The position numbers and the translations under genes are program-made. A stretch of DNA of 64,000 bases from an uncultured Spirochaetota bacterium (GTDB lineage Bacteria; Spirochaetota; Brevinematia; Brevinematales; JAOACQ01): NCBI GenBank assembly GCA_963783575.1, contig CAWAOD010000005.1, positions 256,001 through 320,000 on the forward strand. Reading direction: 5' to 3'. Shown in pieces: positions 50,021-60,692 of this stretch; position 1 is the first letter of the stretch, and every line of letters begins with the position of its first letter. Below the pieces are notes generated by a model. That model saw only the letters and a program-made list of their open reading frames with translations. It did no database searches and was not told where the DNA came from.

Positions 50021-50746
50021 TTATTTACCTACCTGAGGCAAAAGCAAAGGAGATTGCGGAGCGGCAGTTATTCCCTCTTTTAAAATCAAGTCCTCGTTTC
50101 TTTTGATTTTATAGCTTTCTTTTGCTACATTTACAAAATCAGCCACCCAGCTTTGAAGTTTCTGCTGAGATAATTGAGGTGTAATAACCTGATCCATATA
50201 ATTCTTACGCTGCTGTTCATTCATTCCGCTTTTTTTGAACTGATCCTCATACTTTTTATAGATTTGATCCAATTCGATTTTTGAGGGCAGGAATGAGGAT
50301 TTATCCTGAGGAATATATTTTTGCAGGTAAATCTGGTAAACTGCCTGACGCAGGGCTGTTTTAAGGAGAAGCTGCCCTTCTTTAGATTGAACTGTACCGT
50401 CATTCAGAGCTTTTATGACAATAACATACTGCCCGATCATATTATCAAGGAATTGTTTTTTTAACGCATTTTCACTGGGGAGGCTGGCTTTTTGCGAATC
50501 CGGAATCTGGCTTATAAAATATTGATAATCTGCCTGGAATTCACTTTTTGTAATCATATAATCATCAATTTTTACCAGCCAATCCGATAAACCGCTGTTT
50601 AATTTTTCAGGAAGAAAACTAACCGAATCAGTTCCGCCGGATTTCACAGTCTTCAGCAGTAGATAAGATACCCCACCACCAACAAGGATACCTATAATTA
50701 ATGCCCCAATTACAAATGACCACATCAAATTTTTCTTATCATCCAT
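50021..50746 (-). CDS. Membrane-anchored protein resembling SurA/PrsA N-terminal chaperone domain
   Basis: N-terminal TM; LVKID...IT..EF...Y, KKQFLDNMI...VI...A, L..WV...K..YKI pattern; no PPIase core visible. Confidence 0.55.
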   Translation of the reverse strand: MDDKKNLMWSFVIGALIIGILVGGGVSYLLLKTVKSGGTDSVSFLPEKLNSGLSDWLVKIDDYMITKSEFQADYQYFISQIPDSQKASLPSENALKKQFLDNMIGQYVIVIKALNDGTVQSKEGQLLLKTALRQAVYQIYLQKYIPQDKSSFLPSKIELDQIYKKYEDQFKKSGMNEQQRKNYMDQVITPQLSQQKLQSWVADFVNVAKESYKIKRNEDLILKEGITAAPQSPLLLPQVGK

Positions 50747-50839
50747 CTTGTACTCCAATTTATTATTTTAGCTATTACTTTACACCTAAGAATACAAAAA
50801 ATCAAGTTTCGGATTATTTGTTAACGTGGTTTTACTACA

Positions 50840-52547
50840 CCCAAACTGAGCGATTTTTTAATAAATACCAAAAACAGGTTTATAAAAGCCAAAATTTATA
50901 AAAATTTGGATATATTTTTTTGTCACCGGTTAATTTGCCGAATTTATGCGTTTGAAAGCACTAAAATCATCAATCTCTGAGATATTTTCAATTTTTGGCG
51001 CAATACCCCCTTATTAATCCATGAAAACAGAGCGCATCTTTAAATCGGGGTAACCGTTCCGCATTTCTCCCACAAATCTAACAATTTAAACCTGTCAACT
51101 ACTTCTTCCCTGAATTTTAAAATAGCCCGCCCGCCTGTTTTAACAATCTTTCCCGCAATATCAATAAATATTCGCCTGACCGTATCCGGATAACTTTCCA
51201 CTGGTATTTCCGGTATATCCATATCCGCCTGATAAGCCGACAGCAGATTATACGCTATTATCGATAAAAAATAATATACACCGTTTGATACAAAACTCTT
51301 AAACGGCAGTGTTTCATCCACGAATTCTTTTATTCCACGGTTCACCAGTTCATCTTTTGCCCTCAGATGATAGAGCCTCACTATTTCCTCTGCCGTCATA
51401 TATTTCACAAGCCCCTTTTCTTTCAATACTTCCGCTTCTTCAAGATTTGTATAAATAATATTTTCAGGCCTGTCGAACGCTAATCTGAAAACCCCGTCTT
51501 CACATTCATATTTGGTATAAATGGCACGGTATCCCTTTTCCCAGCTATCCCGTCTGTCCCGAAAGTCCAGGTATTCAATTACATCTCCTTTTTTCTCAAA
51601 CCTTCTCCATTCTTCCGGCAATCGCTTCATCAAATCGAGTTTGATTGAATCCAGTATTCTCCCGCCGCATATAAAGAACAGTTTCAGGTCTTCCAGCTTC
51701 TTAAAATACTTTTGGTCAAAAAACCCGCTATCAGACACAACGATAATCGGCACCTCTTTGTCATAGCATTTCCGGATTTCCTTCACTGTTTCTTCCAGCA
51801 TTGTAAACAGATCGTCACCGTGATTCGGGGATTCGCTTCCTTCGTGGAACGCCAGGTTCACGATAAAACCATTCCAATACATATGCAGCGGATGATACCC
51901 GTTAACCTTTTTGTAGGTATAAGTCACGCCGTTTCGCTTTTTAGCGTCATCATTATTCAGTACCATCGTATCAAGTCCGAGAATAATAACTTTCGGGTTC
52001 TTTATCTTGAGACGCCAGACAAAAAGCTTAATTAGAATCTTTTGAAGCTCTTTAAACATTGTCTTTTTTACCACTGAAAAAATCTCTTTATCACATGGGA
52101 TGAGCACATATTGTCTTTGCTGCATTCAATGGCCTTTCTGTGCCCGATATCATTTGCCAATTCATCAAACCGGGTCATGGTAAATTTGCTTCCATCTATG
52201 AAAAACAGCATCAATTGAGAAATAATTTTTTCTATATCTTTACCTTTGCGGCTCTTGCGAATTCCCTGAAATACTTCGCTGATCAGGGGAATAACTTTAA
52301 TATTCTTGAGATATCTCAGGACAAACGTAAGCCCGCCGCGGCTGGTAAGACAATCTTTCGTTATGCCGATTTTTTGAATCTCATTTCCCTGAATTTTGCG
52401 ATTTTTATTTTTTTCAGTCATAATTTACCTGCTTTTGCACCCAATGGGTGTTATTCCGGGGTAAGGATGGCTGTAACCATTTCCTTACCCCATTTTATTT
52501 TAGCATGGTTTTATTTTTATGGATAGTTAAGAATCGCTCAGTTTAGG
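50840..52547 (-). mobile_element. IS1380-family insertion sequence (1708 bp)
   Basis: Terminal inverted repeats CCCAAACTGAGCGATT (50840-50855) and AATCGCTCAGTTTAGG (52532-52547), 15/16 match. 5-bp target duplication CTACA at 50835-50839 and 52548-52552. Confidence 0.92.
51040..52421 (-). CDS. IS1380-family DDE transposase, frameshift in T-run near 52080
   Basis: LTSRGGL N-terminus, LDT, Y....GYHPL, DSGFF, Y..RA..E..IKE, LP..SF..N...F...AYNL, R..FI.IAGK. The two ORFs join if one T is added to AGATTTTTTCAG (minus strand). Confidence 0.88.
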
Positions 52548-52924
52548 CTACAATATGTTGTACAACAATATTGTAATTTAATAAATCTTCTATTTTTCCG
52601 ATATTTTAAATTAACTTAAATAAGACTAAGTATTATTATATTCTTAATCGAAAGATTTTTTATGGATGTTTCCCTCGTTGTGCTGTAAAACTAAGAAGCG
52701 GTGGACACATTCGATAGTCTCAGTACGCCACTCGGGGAACGGTCATCGAGCTTACTGCTCTATTCTTTACAGTACTAAATTAAAGCATATGCTTCAATAG
52801 AGATGACCACTTTAGGGATATTTGATATAAAAAATCGTTCGGTTTAGGAAAGCATTTTTAATCTCTCTGTTACTTTTCAAAATAAGAAAACTAAATTATA
52901 ATAATAGTAATAAAAGGAGCAAAT

Positions 52925-53452
52925 ATGTTACGTAAAATCTCTATGATTTATACTTTTTCAATTTTAAGCATATCATTTTTAACGGCCAATATTTATTCGG
53001 CACAGGAAAAGTATATATATGATTTTTCCGAACCTGTAACGGTTGTTAAAGCCGCCTGTAAAATGCTTATGAACAGTGATTTTGAAGAAATGCTTATAGT
53101 GACCGAACTTAATGAAAAAAAAATTACTCTTGAAACCATAGATCAGATAAAATTAGATAATACCCTTAAAGAAAAAATAAAAAAAGAAGGCGAAAAGATT
53201 GAATCTTATGAAATCACCAGTATGGAAATTTATACCAATAATATTTCAAATCAAATGGTTGTAGTGAAAACTAAATGGATTGTAAAAGTGGATAATTCTA
53301 ATCCAAAAAACCCTTCGGAATTTGTGCGAATCCAGGAATCCGTTGATCCCGATAATGCAAGGCGGAGAAAATACAATTCTATTGTATTTGTAGATTATCT
53401 TTTAAAGAAATTTGAGGATAAATGGAAAATTATTTCTAAAAGAACCAGATAA
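52925..53452 (+). CDS. Exported hypothetical protein (possibly NTF2-like fold)
   Basis: AAGGAG RBS, signal peptide, ends LKKFEDKWKIIS. Confidence 0.7.
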   Translation: MLRKISMIYTFSILSISFLTANIYSAQEKYIYDFSEPVTVVKAACKMLMNSDFEEMLIVTELNEKKITLETIDQIKLDNTLKEKIKKEGEKIESYEITSMEIYTNNISNQMVVVKTKWIVKVDNSNPKNPSEFVRIQESVDPDNARRRKYNSIVFVDYLLKKFEDKWKIISKRTR

Positions 53453-53466
53453 TAACCGCAGTTAAG

Positions 53467-54099
53467 CTAAGATTGCAGCCGGTCTAAGCTTGTCTTTCTG
53501 AAACTGATATAATTTATACCCCGTAATGGGTCGATTTTTTTGTAAAATAGTGTTGGAAATTCAGGGTAAATATTTTCCTCAATAGATTTTTTATAATTAT
53601 TCTTTAAAAAAGGAAAATCTTTGATTATTGAAAAAACATGTTCGGCATATTCCCTCACGTCGGTTACAAAGTTTAAAGTCCCGCCTTCTTTTAAAACCCT
53701 TACGGCATTAATTAAAAAAGATGGTTTAAATACCCGGTTTTTCCACTGCCTTTTCCTGATCCAGGGATCGGGAAAGTTTATATGTATTTCATCAATGCTA
53801 TTCTCTTTGAAAAGGAACTTTAATGCAAGTTCCGCATCGCAGTCGACTACCGAATAATTTAAAATTCCTCTTTTATAAAGCCTTTCGGAAGTTTTATAGG
53901 CTCTTTTACGGGATATTTCTATTCCTATGAAATATCTGTTGGGATATTTTCCGGTATTTTCGATAAGGTAATCCCCATGACCGCAACCTACGTCAAGAAC
54001 AACCGGTTTACCTTTGCTGTTATTCCAGAATAATACTAAATCATTTTCTTGGCTATAATTTATTTCATTCGGGATATTCGGAAAAGTGTTTTTCTCCAT
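53467..54099 (-). CDS. trmB: tRNA (guanine-N7)-methyltransferase
   Basis: LDVGCGHG, FIGIE, INFPDPW.RKR, L..GG...F.TD..Y. Confidence 0.9.
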   Translation of the reverse strand: MEKNTFPNIPNEINYSQENDLVLFWNNSKGKPVVLDVGCGHGDYLIENTGKYPNRYFIGIEISRKRAYKTSERLYKRGILNYSVVDCDAELALKFLFKENSIDEIHINFPDPWIRKRQWKNRVFKPSFLINAVRVLKEGGTLNFVTDVREYAEHVFSIIKDFPFLKNNYKKSIEENIYPEFPTLFYKKIDPLRGINYISFRKTSLDRLQS

Positions 54100-54107
54100 T
54101 AATGACC

Positions 54108-54401
54108 TTAATACTCTATAATCTTTGGGACAACAATATTACCGTCGGAAAATCTGGGAGCAATGCTCTCTATTTCATTATTTGTCATTGAAGGCGAAAC
54201 CGTATCCCTTCGAAAAACATTGATGTTTTCAACAGCATGAGTAGTCGGCATCACATTATCGGTATCGAGCTCGCTGATTTTCTCAACAAAACCTATAATT
54301 CTATCGAATTGGCCTGCAAATTTCTCCATCTCTTCACCATTGAAATCAAGCTTCGCAAGAGCGGCCGTCTTTTCAACATCACCGATATTAATATGGGGCA
54401 T
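54108..54401 (-). CDS. gatC: Asp/Glu-tRNA amidotransferase subunit C
   Basis: V...A.LAKL...E...F......I..V..I.ELDT.NV.PT.H, R.D, AP......VPKII. Start placed at ATG 54401. Confidence 0.9.
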   Translation of the reverse strand: MPHINIGDVEKTAALAKLDFNGEEMEKFAGQFDRIIGFVEKISELDTDNVMPTTHAVENINVFRRDTVSPSMTNNEIESIAPRFSDGNIVVPKIIEY

Positions 54402-54472
54402 AAATACTCCAGAAAACAGATTCATAATAATTATTATAAGAAATAATCTATAATTTTTCAAGAAACAATTCA

Positions 54473-55816
54473 TCAGACTGCCGTTATTTTTAAGTTTATC
54501 AATTTAATAAAATCATCACCGCTTATAAGAATCATTTTTTTATAATCAAATCCTTCTCCTTCAGATCTAACTACACCATATAATGAAAATATTGTAAAAG
54601 CTCCATTGGAACGGAAATCGGATAAAACAATATTATTCATTTCAATCAAATCCGATACAGGAACCTGAAGAGGAGTCGTATACAAACAATAACAAAATTC
54701 TGCTGCTTTAAATGCCCAGAAATTATTTCTCTTAATAATTTTATTAATAGTAACCGGATGAACCAGTTTATATAAAATAATATTAATTTTACTTTCGTCT
54801 CTCGAATAAATATATTCCATTTTTGGATTATTGATTATCTGAATATATTGAGTATAAATATGAACAAGATCCCTGAATTTAGGATTTATATGATGAGCTT
54901 CCTGCCATGCTTTAATAGCCGCAAAATATTCCTTATTCTTAAATAAGGCGCTTCCAAGAAAATATTTCAATTCGCACTTTTTGTTATGAGAAACATTATC
55001 CATATTAGTATTTATTAATTCCATCGCTTCTTTAATCTGGTTACATTGTATCATAATCTCAATCATTTTTGTGAGAACTTCTTCATAATAATTTTCATTA
55101 TCTAAAAGTGGCCGGATCACCTCAATTGCTTTCTGGAAGTTTTTAGTGCTATAATAAACATCGGATAATAAAAATGATGCGGCAGGTAACATTACCTGAT
55201 CAAATTCAATTTTATCATTATTTAAAATAAATTCAAGCTGTATTGTTGCATCACTGAGGTTACGCAGATAGATATAAATTTTGGCTAATATAAATCTGGC
55301 TCTTAAATCTTCCGGTTTGACCTTTATCAAGTTTTCCAGATATTCTTTTGCTTTTTGATATTTCTTGGTTTCATAAAGCAATTCACCTGCCGCAAGCAAC
55401 GCTTTGCTATTCCTCGGATTCTTTTCCAGAGCCATTACATAATAACCAAGAGCAGCTTCATTCTTTTTCATTTTTTTGAATAAATCGGCGGTTTTAATAA
55501 ATATTTGTACCTTAATTTCTTCCTGATCCGAACCAGAAACAAGAATGCTTGACTTTTCCAGATATAATATTGCCTGGGTGTAATCTTTTAATCCCTCGTA
55601 TGCAAGTCCGATATAATATTTTATGGTAAAATCGTTAGGCTGGGAATCAACCTTTTTCAGGCATAAATTGAGAGCTTTTTGATAATCTCCTGAGTCCAGG
55701 CTATCTTCAATAATCTTGTAAGTATTATCTTTTTTTAATAATATATATATAACATAAATTAATGAACCGATAATACCGGCTCCAAGAATAATTAATACCA
55801 CATAAAAAAAACTCAT
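54473..55816 (-). CDS. Membrane-anchored tetratricopeptide-repeat protein
   Basis: N-terminal TM, multiple TPR motifs (YYIGLAY...Y..A..Y, A..Y..AL..NP). Confidence 0.85.
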   Translation of the reverse strand: MSFFYVVLIILGAGIIGSLIYVIYILLKKDNTYKIIEDSLDSGDYQKALNLCLKKVDSQPNDFTIKYYIGLAYEGLKDYTQAILYLEKSSILVSGSDQEEIKVQIFIKTADLFKKMKKNEAALGYYVMALEKNPRNSKALLAAGELLYETKKYQKAKEYLENLIKVKPEDLRARFILAKIYIYLRNLSDATIQLEFILNNDKIEFDQVMLPAASFLLSDVYYSTKNFQKAIEVIRPLLDNENYYEEVLTKMIEIMIQCNQIKEAMELINTNMDNVSHNKKCELKYFLGSALFKNKEYFAAIKAWQEAHHINPKFRDLVHIYTQYIQIINNPKMEYIYSRDESKINIILYKLVHPVTINKIIKRNNFWAFKAAEFCYCLYTTPLQVPVSDLIEMNNIVLSDFRSNGAFTIFSLYGVVRSEGEGFDYKKMILISGDDFIKLINLKITAV

Positions 55817-56184
55817 TTTTTAAAACCCCGCAATTTATAAATTGCTGTTTTTATTTATCCGGAACTACCCTAAATTTTTGTATACTTATATGCCGGAATG
55901 GCAATAATTTCATTAGCATATAATTGGGTACCTCCAAAAAATGATTTATTTGAATGTGCGACTCCATAATAATTGAAGAATAATATTCTTTTATATAGCG
56001 CAATAAATTATAAAATAAGGAAATTGAAAATCAATGAAATTTATTATTACACAAATAAATAAAAATTACAAATAAACTAATCAGGAATGAGCAGCGGGAC
56101 CCGTAATAGAACAATAAATGAATCAATTTTGGGCTGAGAGGGATTAAAAATGTTTTAAAGATTTTGGTAACTGGTGAAGTTTTG

Positions 56185-57138
56185 TTAATCTGAATTTGAT
56201 ATATCGAATTTTTGACGGAAGTATGAGTATATATCCCTGAATACCAAAGAACATGTCTGGAATTGAATTTCCTGTTTTACGAGGAATCTGGAAAATATCC
56301 TTACCTCCGAACTGGCAACTCCATTGGAATGAACAAGAAGGATCCCCCAGTTTTTTGATTTTGTTCCCATCCATTCATTAGCATTTAGTGCAATACAGTT
56401 TAAAGATTTCAAAGTCCGGAAATTATCCGGTTTTTCTTTGAATCCCGGAAATCTGAAAAAATATGACGGTAAAATTCCATTTTCAAATAAAATAACTTCA
56501 GTTTTTATAATTTCTGAATATAAATCCGTGTCGGTTTTTCCGGATTCTATGATTTGATGCTCATATGTATGATTACCGGCAATAAAATCCAGCCCCGATT
56601 TTTTTATTTCACTTAATTCATTTGAATGGAATTTAATCCATTTTCCGCTAAAAAAAATAATAAAGGGAATTTTAGTTTTAATATTACTTTGCAATGATTT
56701 TAGAGATTCGTAAAAAAGCCTGTCATAATTGGTTGATGAAGGACATAGATCGGAAGTCAGAACTATGTTTTTACCATTTGGTAATGTTTTGTATTCAAGT
56801 GAAGTGCCATAAGGCATTTTTATTTCATACTGATGATTAATGATCCGGTAATAAAGACTGTCAGAAGGGATATAAACATTACTTCCGTATGGTTTAATAT
56901 CGGTTATTCCGAAATTAAGAGAATCAACATCAATAAAATAATAAAAGATATGTTTATCTCCGGTTTCGATTACCCTTGTACAAAGTATTCTCTTGTTACT
57001 TGAGATTGTGAAAATATTGGTGGCATAATATTGAGAGATTTGTAAAGGATAAGGTAAAATTGTATCAGTAAAAATAACAGAAAATAAACTGTTCTTTATT
57101 GTGGTAAACAATATTAAAATTATGATATATTTTATCAT
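56185..57138 (-). CDS. Exported polysaccharide deacetylase-like protein
   Basis: LT.DLCPS, FFSG.W...H, NHTYEH, FFRFPG, LVHSNG. Confidence 0.7.
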   Translation of the reverse strand: MIKYIIILILFTTIKNSLFSVIFTDTILPYPLQISQYYATNIFTISSNKRILCTRVIETGDKHIFYYFIDVDSLNFGITDIKPYGSNVYIPSDSLYYRIINHQYEIKMPYGTSLEYKTLPNGKNIVLTSDLCPSSTNYDRLFYESLKSLQSNIKTKIPFIIFFSGKWIKFHSNELSEIKKSGLDFIAGNHTYEHQIIESGKTDTDLYSEIIKTEVILFENGILPSYFFRFPGFKEKPDNFRTLKSLNCIALNANEWMGTKSKNWGILLVHSNGVASSEVRIFSRFLVKQEIQFQTCSLVFRDIYSYFRQKFDISNSD

Positions 57139-57752
57139 ACCATAATACCGGCATCCTTTAAACCTATAAAAATATCTTCTTCCGACCTTACTAAGACAAT
57201 TTTCATGCCCAGATTCTTGGCTTTATCGGTATTTTCTTGTTTGTCGTCCAAAAATAACACTTCACCGGGAAGAATTTTATAATAATTCAAAACCAGATCA
57301 AAAGCCTCTTTTTCGGGCTTACGAATATGTATCCGGTTTGAAAAAAACAGCCTGTCAAATAATCCTATTATTTGAGGAAATTGGGTTAGAATATGCCTTT
57401 CATGAATTTCATTTGTATTACTAAGCGCCGCCAGAAGATATTCATTTCTTAATTTTTCAAGCATTTCTTTAACCCGGGGAGTAACCCCCGTAAACATTGC
57501 ATTCCACCCCCTGTCAAAATCGGCATCTGAAAAAGTACAATTCATTTTTGTTGACACATACTTTCTGAAACGGGTGGAAGGTATCTCACCTCGTTCGAAA
57601 CTGCAATATTCATAATCATTAAAATCGATCTCTTTTAAAATGTTTTCTTTCCTGCAGCCGGATACTTTCGACCAGTATTCGGCAGTCGGATCATTGGAAT
57701 ACGGGAAAATAACATTACCGAGATCAAAGAGGATAAGCTTGATTGAATTCAT
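57135..57752 (-). CDS. HAD-superfamily phosphatase (YihX-like)
   Basis: FDLGNVI, LSNTN..H, RKPE, FLDD...N...A..LG. Confidence 0.9.
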   Translation of the reverse strand: MNSIKLILFDLGNVIFPYSNDPTAEYWSKVSGCRKENILKEIDFNDYEYCSFERGEIPSTRFRKYVSTKMNCTFSDADFDRGWNAMFTGVTPRVKEMLEKLRNEYLLAALSNTNEIHERHILTQFPQIIGLFDRLFFSNRIHIRKPEKEAFDLVLNYYKILPGEVLFLDDKQENTDKAKNLGMKIVLVRSEEDIFIGLKDAGIMV

Positions 57753-57827
57753 AATTTACCTGCTAATCAGTTTTCAAAGGATTATATCGGAAAGACCGGG
57801 AAAAAAAAGAGAGATTTGAAAGATAAA

Positions 57828-59402
57828 TTACATTCTATCAGGAGAACTCACTCCAATCAATTTTAATCCTATATTAATAATCCGTTTGGCTGCGTAAACA
57901 AACTGTATTCTTTTTCTAGTCGTTTCGATATTGTCCGTAATAACACGATGCTGATTATAAAACCTGTGGAAAACGCCGGCCAGGTTTTCAAGATAAAGAG
58001 GAATCCTGTGAGGTTCATCGCTAATTGCCGAATCGGCAACAAGCTCCGGGAATTTTATAAGTTCTACAGCCAGGTCTCTTGCTTCCATGCTATCAATTAT
58101 TTTTTCGGGGAAACTCTCCAATATATCATTATCGTAAATTTCAGCGATATTCCTGATAATACCCGATATTCTTGCATGCGCATACTGTACATAAAAAACA
58201 GGATTTTCTTCCGATTTTTGTTTCGCGGCCTCAATATCAAAATCCAGAGGAGTGTCCGTCTTTCTCATCACAAGATAATATCTTGCCGCGTCCACGCCGA
58301 TTTCCTCAACGACTTCTTCCAGGGTTATCATCTCACCTGTTCTTTTTGACATCCGGACGGGTTCACCGTTTCGGAAAAGATTGACCAGCTGACCGATAAT
58401 AATTTTAAAATCTATTTTTTTATTTACTTCTTCGGAACAAACCTTTACAGCGGCTTCCATTCTTTTGACATAACCGTGATGATCGGCTCCAAGGACATTG
58501 ATAAGAGAGGTAAAATTACGGTTGATTTTATTCCTGTGATATGCTATGTCGACTGCAAAATAAGTATATTCACCGTCGGATTTTATTAAAACCCTGTCTT
58601 TATCATCGCCAAAATCGGTCGTCCTAAACCAGAATGCGCCGTCTTTATCATAACCATGCCCGCTTTTTCTTATAAATTCTATTGTTTCTTTTATGGAACC
58701 GGATTCATGAAGCGATTTTTCTGAAAAAAAGCGGTCAAAATTAACCCTGAAACCGGCTAGTGTTTCCTTCTGAATTTTAAGCAAATTAACAGCCGGATCG
58801 CCTTCCATTTTTGCTATTTCATTAATGTAACCGCCATGATATCCGTTTTCAGGCACGGGTAATCCATCCCTGACGGCATTGATGCTTTGATACAGAAGAT
58901 TTATCTGATTACCGGCATCATTTATATAAAATTCGGATGAAACCTCCGCACCGCAATATTTCAAAATATTAAGCATAGAATCACCGATTGCCGCCCATCG
59001 TCCATGACCGATATGAAGCGGACCGGTAGGGTTTGCGCTTACAAATTCAAGCAATATTTTTTCTCCTTTTAAAATATCGCTTTTACCGTATTTTTCCTTT
59101 TCTATTATACTTCGAATTTCCTGAGTTAAGAATTCATCGGAAAGAAAAAAATTAATATATCCGGCTCCCGCTATTTCAACATTCAGAAATTCAGGCCTTT
59201 TATTTAAATCATCCGCTAATCCCGAAGCTAACTCCCTGGGGTTCTTTTTTAAATTCTTTGCAAGAGTCATAGCAACAGTAGTTGCGTAATCACCGTATTT
59301 TTTTAAATCTGGATATATAATCGGAATGATATCAATACTTACTCCATAGATTCTTTTGATTGAATTCGAAATAAAACTTTTAAGCTGATCTTTAATTGTC
59401 AT
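57828..59402 (-). CDS. argS: Arginine--tRNA ligase
   Basis: GDY, EFVSANPTGPLHIGHGR, GADHHGY, MSKRTG, NPVFYVQYAHARI, P.RM C-terminus. Confidence 0.97.
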   Translation of the reverse strand: MTIKDQLKSFISNSIKRIYGVSIDIIPIIYPDLKKYGDYATTVAMTLAKNLKKNPRELASGLADDLNKRPEFLNVEIAGAGYINFFLSDEFLTQEIRSIIEKEKYGKSDILKGEKILLEFVSANPTGPLHIGHGRWAAIGDSMLNILKYCGAEVSSEFYINDAGNQINLLYQSINAVRDGLPVPENGYHGGYINEIAKMEGDPAVNLLKIQKETLAGFRVNFDRFFSEKSLHESGSIKETIEFIRKSGHGYDKDGAFWFRTTDFGDDKDRVLIKSDGEYTYFAVDIAYHRNKINRNFTSLINVLGADHHGYVKRMEAAVKVCSEEVNKKIDFKIIIGQLVNLFRNGEPVRMSKRTGEMITLEEVVEEIGVDAARYYLVMRKTDTPLDFDIEAAKQKSEENPVFYVQYAHARISGIIRNIAEIYDNDILESFPEKIIDSMEARDLAVELIKFPELVADSAISDEPHRIPLYLENLAGVFHRFYNQHRVITDNIETTRKRIQFVYAAKRIINIGLKLIGVSSPDRM

Positions 59403-59576
59403 AATTATTTGACTCCCAAAATTTCCGTAAAATATTTTTCATCCTTATTTTGAACCTGGAAAAATGTTGGATATAAGTATACAATAAAATGGAATTTTAG
59501 TCAAAACGGCTATAAACCGATTGAAGATGAGCGTTCATAATATTGATCTTGAAGGGCTGTTTTATGAGGCGGATAA

Positions 59577-59614
59577 TAAAAAAGCGTAGGAGAAATAGAG
59601 GCTTCCCCTACGCT
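59577..59614 (-). terminator. Intrinsic terminator after the phosphodiesterase gene
   Basis: AGCGTAGG (59583-59590) and CCTACGCT (59607-59614) stem, followed on the minus strand by a U-tract. Confidence 0.65.
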
Positions 59615-59671
59615 GTCGGAATTTAGAGACTATTATAGCTTATACCCCATTAATTAATTTAACACAATATT

Positions 59672-60409
59672 TTACTTTTTCAAGTTTTCCAGAATAAATT
59701 CTACCCTGTCTGTAATTATTATGTCTGCAAAACGGATAATTTTTTTTAAATCATTAACGGAATTGATTGTCCAGAATGCTATTTTGAATTTTAGAATTCT
59801 TAGCAATCTAATAATTAAAACTGCAACAAAACTGCCTGTTATATTAAAAATCTGAATAGGAATATTGATATATTCCGGTTTTATCTTTATGATCGTTTTA
59901 AATAATGTCCAGAAACCCATTTCAATAGTTTTCTCTCCGATTAGAAAACCTACTGAAAATTTCTTTTTTGTAAAATAATATAGAAGATCTGGAGCAAATG
60001 AAGATACCATAAAATTATTGTTTTTATTATATGCGGAGACAACCCTGAATATTTCCGGGCAATCTTCTTTAGTGAGAGTTTCCATCTTTAATTCTAGATT
60101 AATAATTTTATTGTCAGGCATAATTCCAAGCAATTGTTCCAGAGTAGCGATGGATTCACCCGATCCGATATTATAAGTTTTTAATTCATCCAGTTTTTTT
60201 TCACAAACCCTGATGGCCTCATCGGATTTAATCCCTGCAATACGATTGATTGTATCGTCATGGATGATCACATATTTATTATCTCCGGTTTTCTGTATAT
60301 CGCATTCTATTCCGTCAGCACCGAATTCCAAGGCTTTTTTAAAACCAAGTAATGTATTCTCGGGAAATTTTTCCCTATAACCCCTGTGAGCCAAAATTTT
60401 ACATTCCAT
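59672..60409 (-). CDS. Glycerophosphodiester phosphodiesterase family protein
   Basis: AHRG...PENT...F..A...GADGIECD, HD, LELK, SSF, WTIN, IITD. Confidence 0.92.
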   Translation of the reverse strand: MECKILAHRGYREKFPENTLLGFKKALEFGADGIECDIQKTGDNKYVIIHDDTINRIAGIKSDEAIRVCEKKLDELKTYNIGSGESIATLEQLLGIMPDNKIINLELKMETLTKEDCPEIFRVVSAYNKNNNFMVSSFAPDLLYYFTKKKFSVGFLIGEKTIEMGFWTLFKTIIKIKPEYINIPIQIFNITGSFVAVLIIRLLRILKFKIAFWTINSVNDLKKIIRFADIIITDRVEFILENLKK

Positions 60410-60427
60410 AATTATGCCTCCTGGGAA

Positions 60428-60475
60428 AGTCGGTCAGTTGGCTAGTTAGTCAATCAGTTAGTCAGTCGGTTAGTT
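60428..60475. repeat. Degenerate 4-bp tandem repeat (RGTY-like x12)
   Basis: AGTC GGTC AGTT GGCT AGTT AGTC AATC AGTT AGTC AGTC GGTT AGTT. Confidence 0.6.
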
Positions 60476-60692
60476 TGAATGACCATATAAATATAGTTAT
60501 TTACTCAATGGAAGTCTATAAACCAAATTTAAAATTATACCGAAAATATAAATGATTCAAACAAGTTAAAAGTAAAAAGTTTTAAAGTAATGCAGTGAGC
60601 CCGTTCGATTTCTCAGGGCAGGCTCTTATAAGAGAAGCTTTTATTAAAATAACTCACTTTAGGGCAACAAAATATTTTAAAGGCAAAAAATT

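Noticed and set aside
52068..52125. Programmed frameshift in the transposase
   Set aside because: IS1380 transposases are normally single ORFs. The break is in a homopolymer and other genes show similar indels.
59403..59671. T-box leader for argS
   Set aside because: No GGTGGTACCGCG-like T-box sequence on the minus strand; the hairpin present fits a terminator of the upstream gene.
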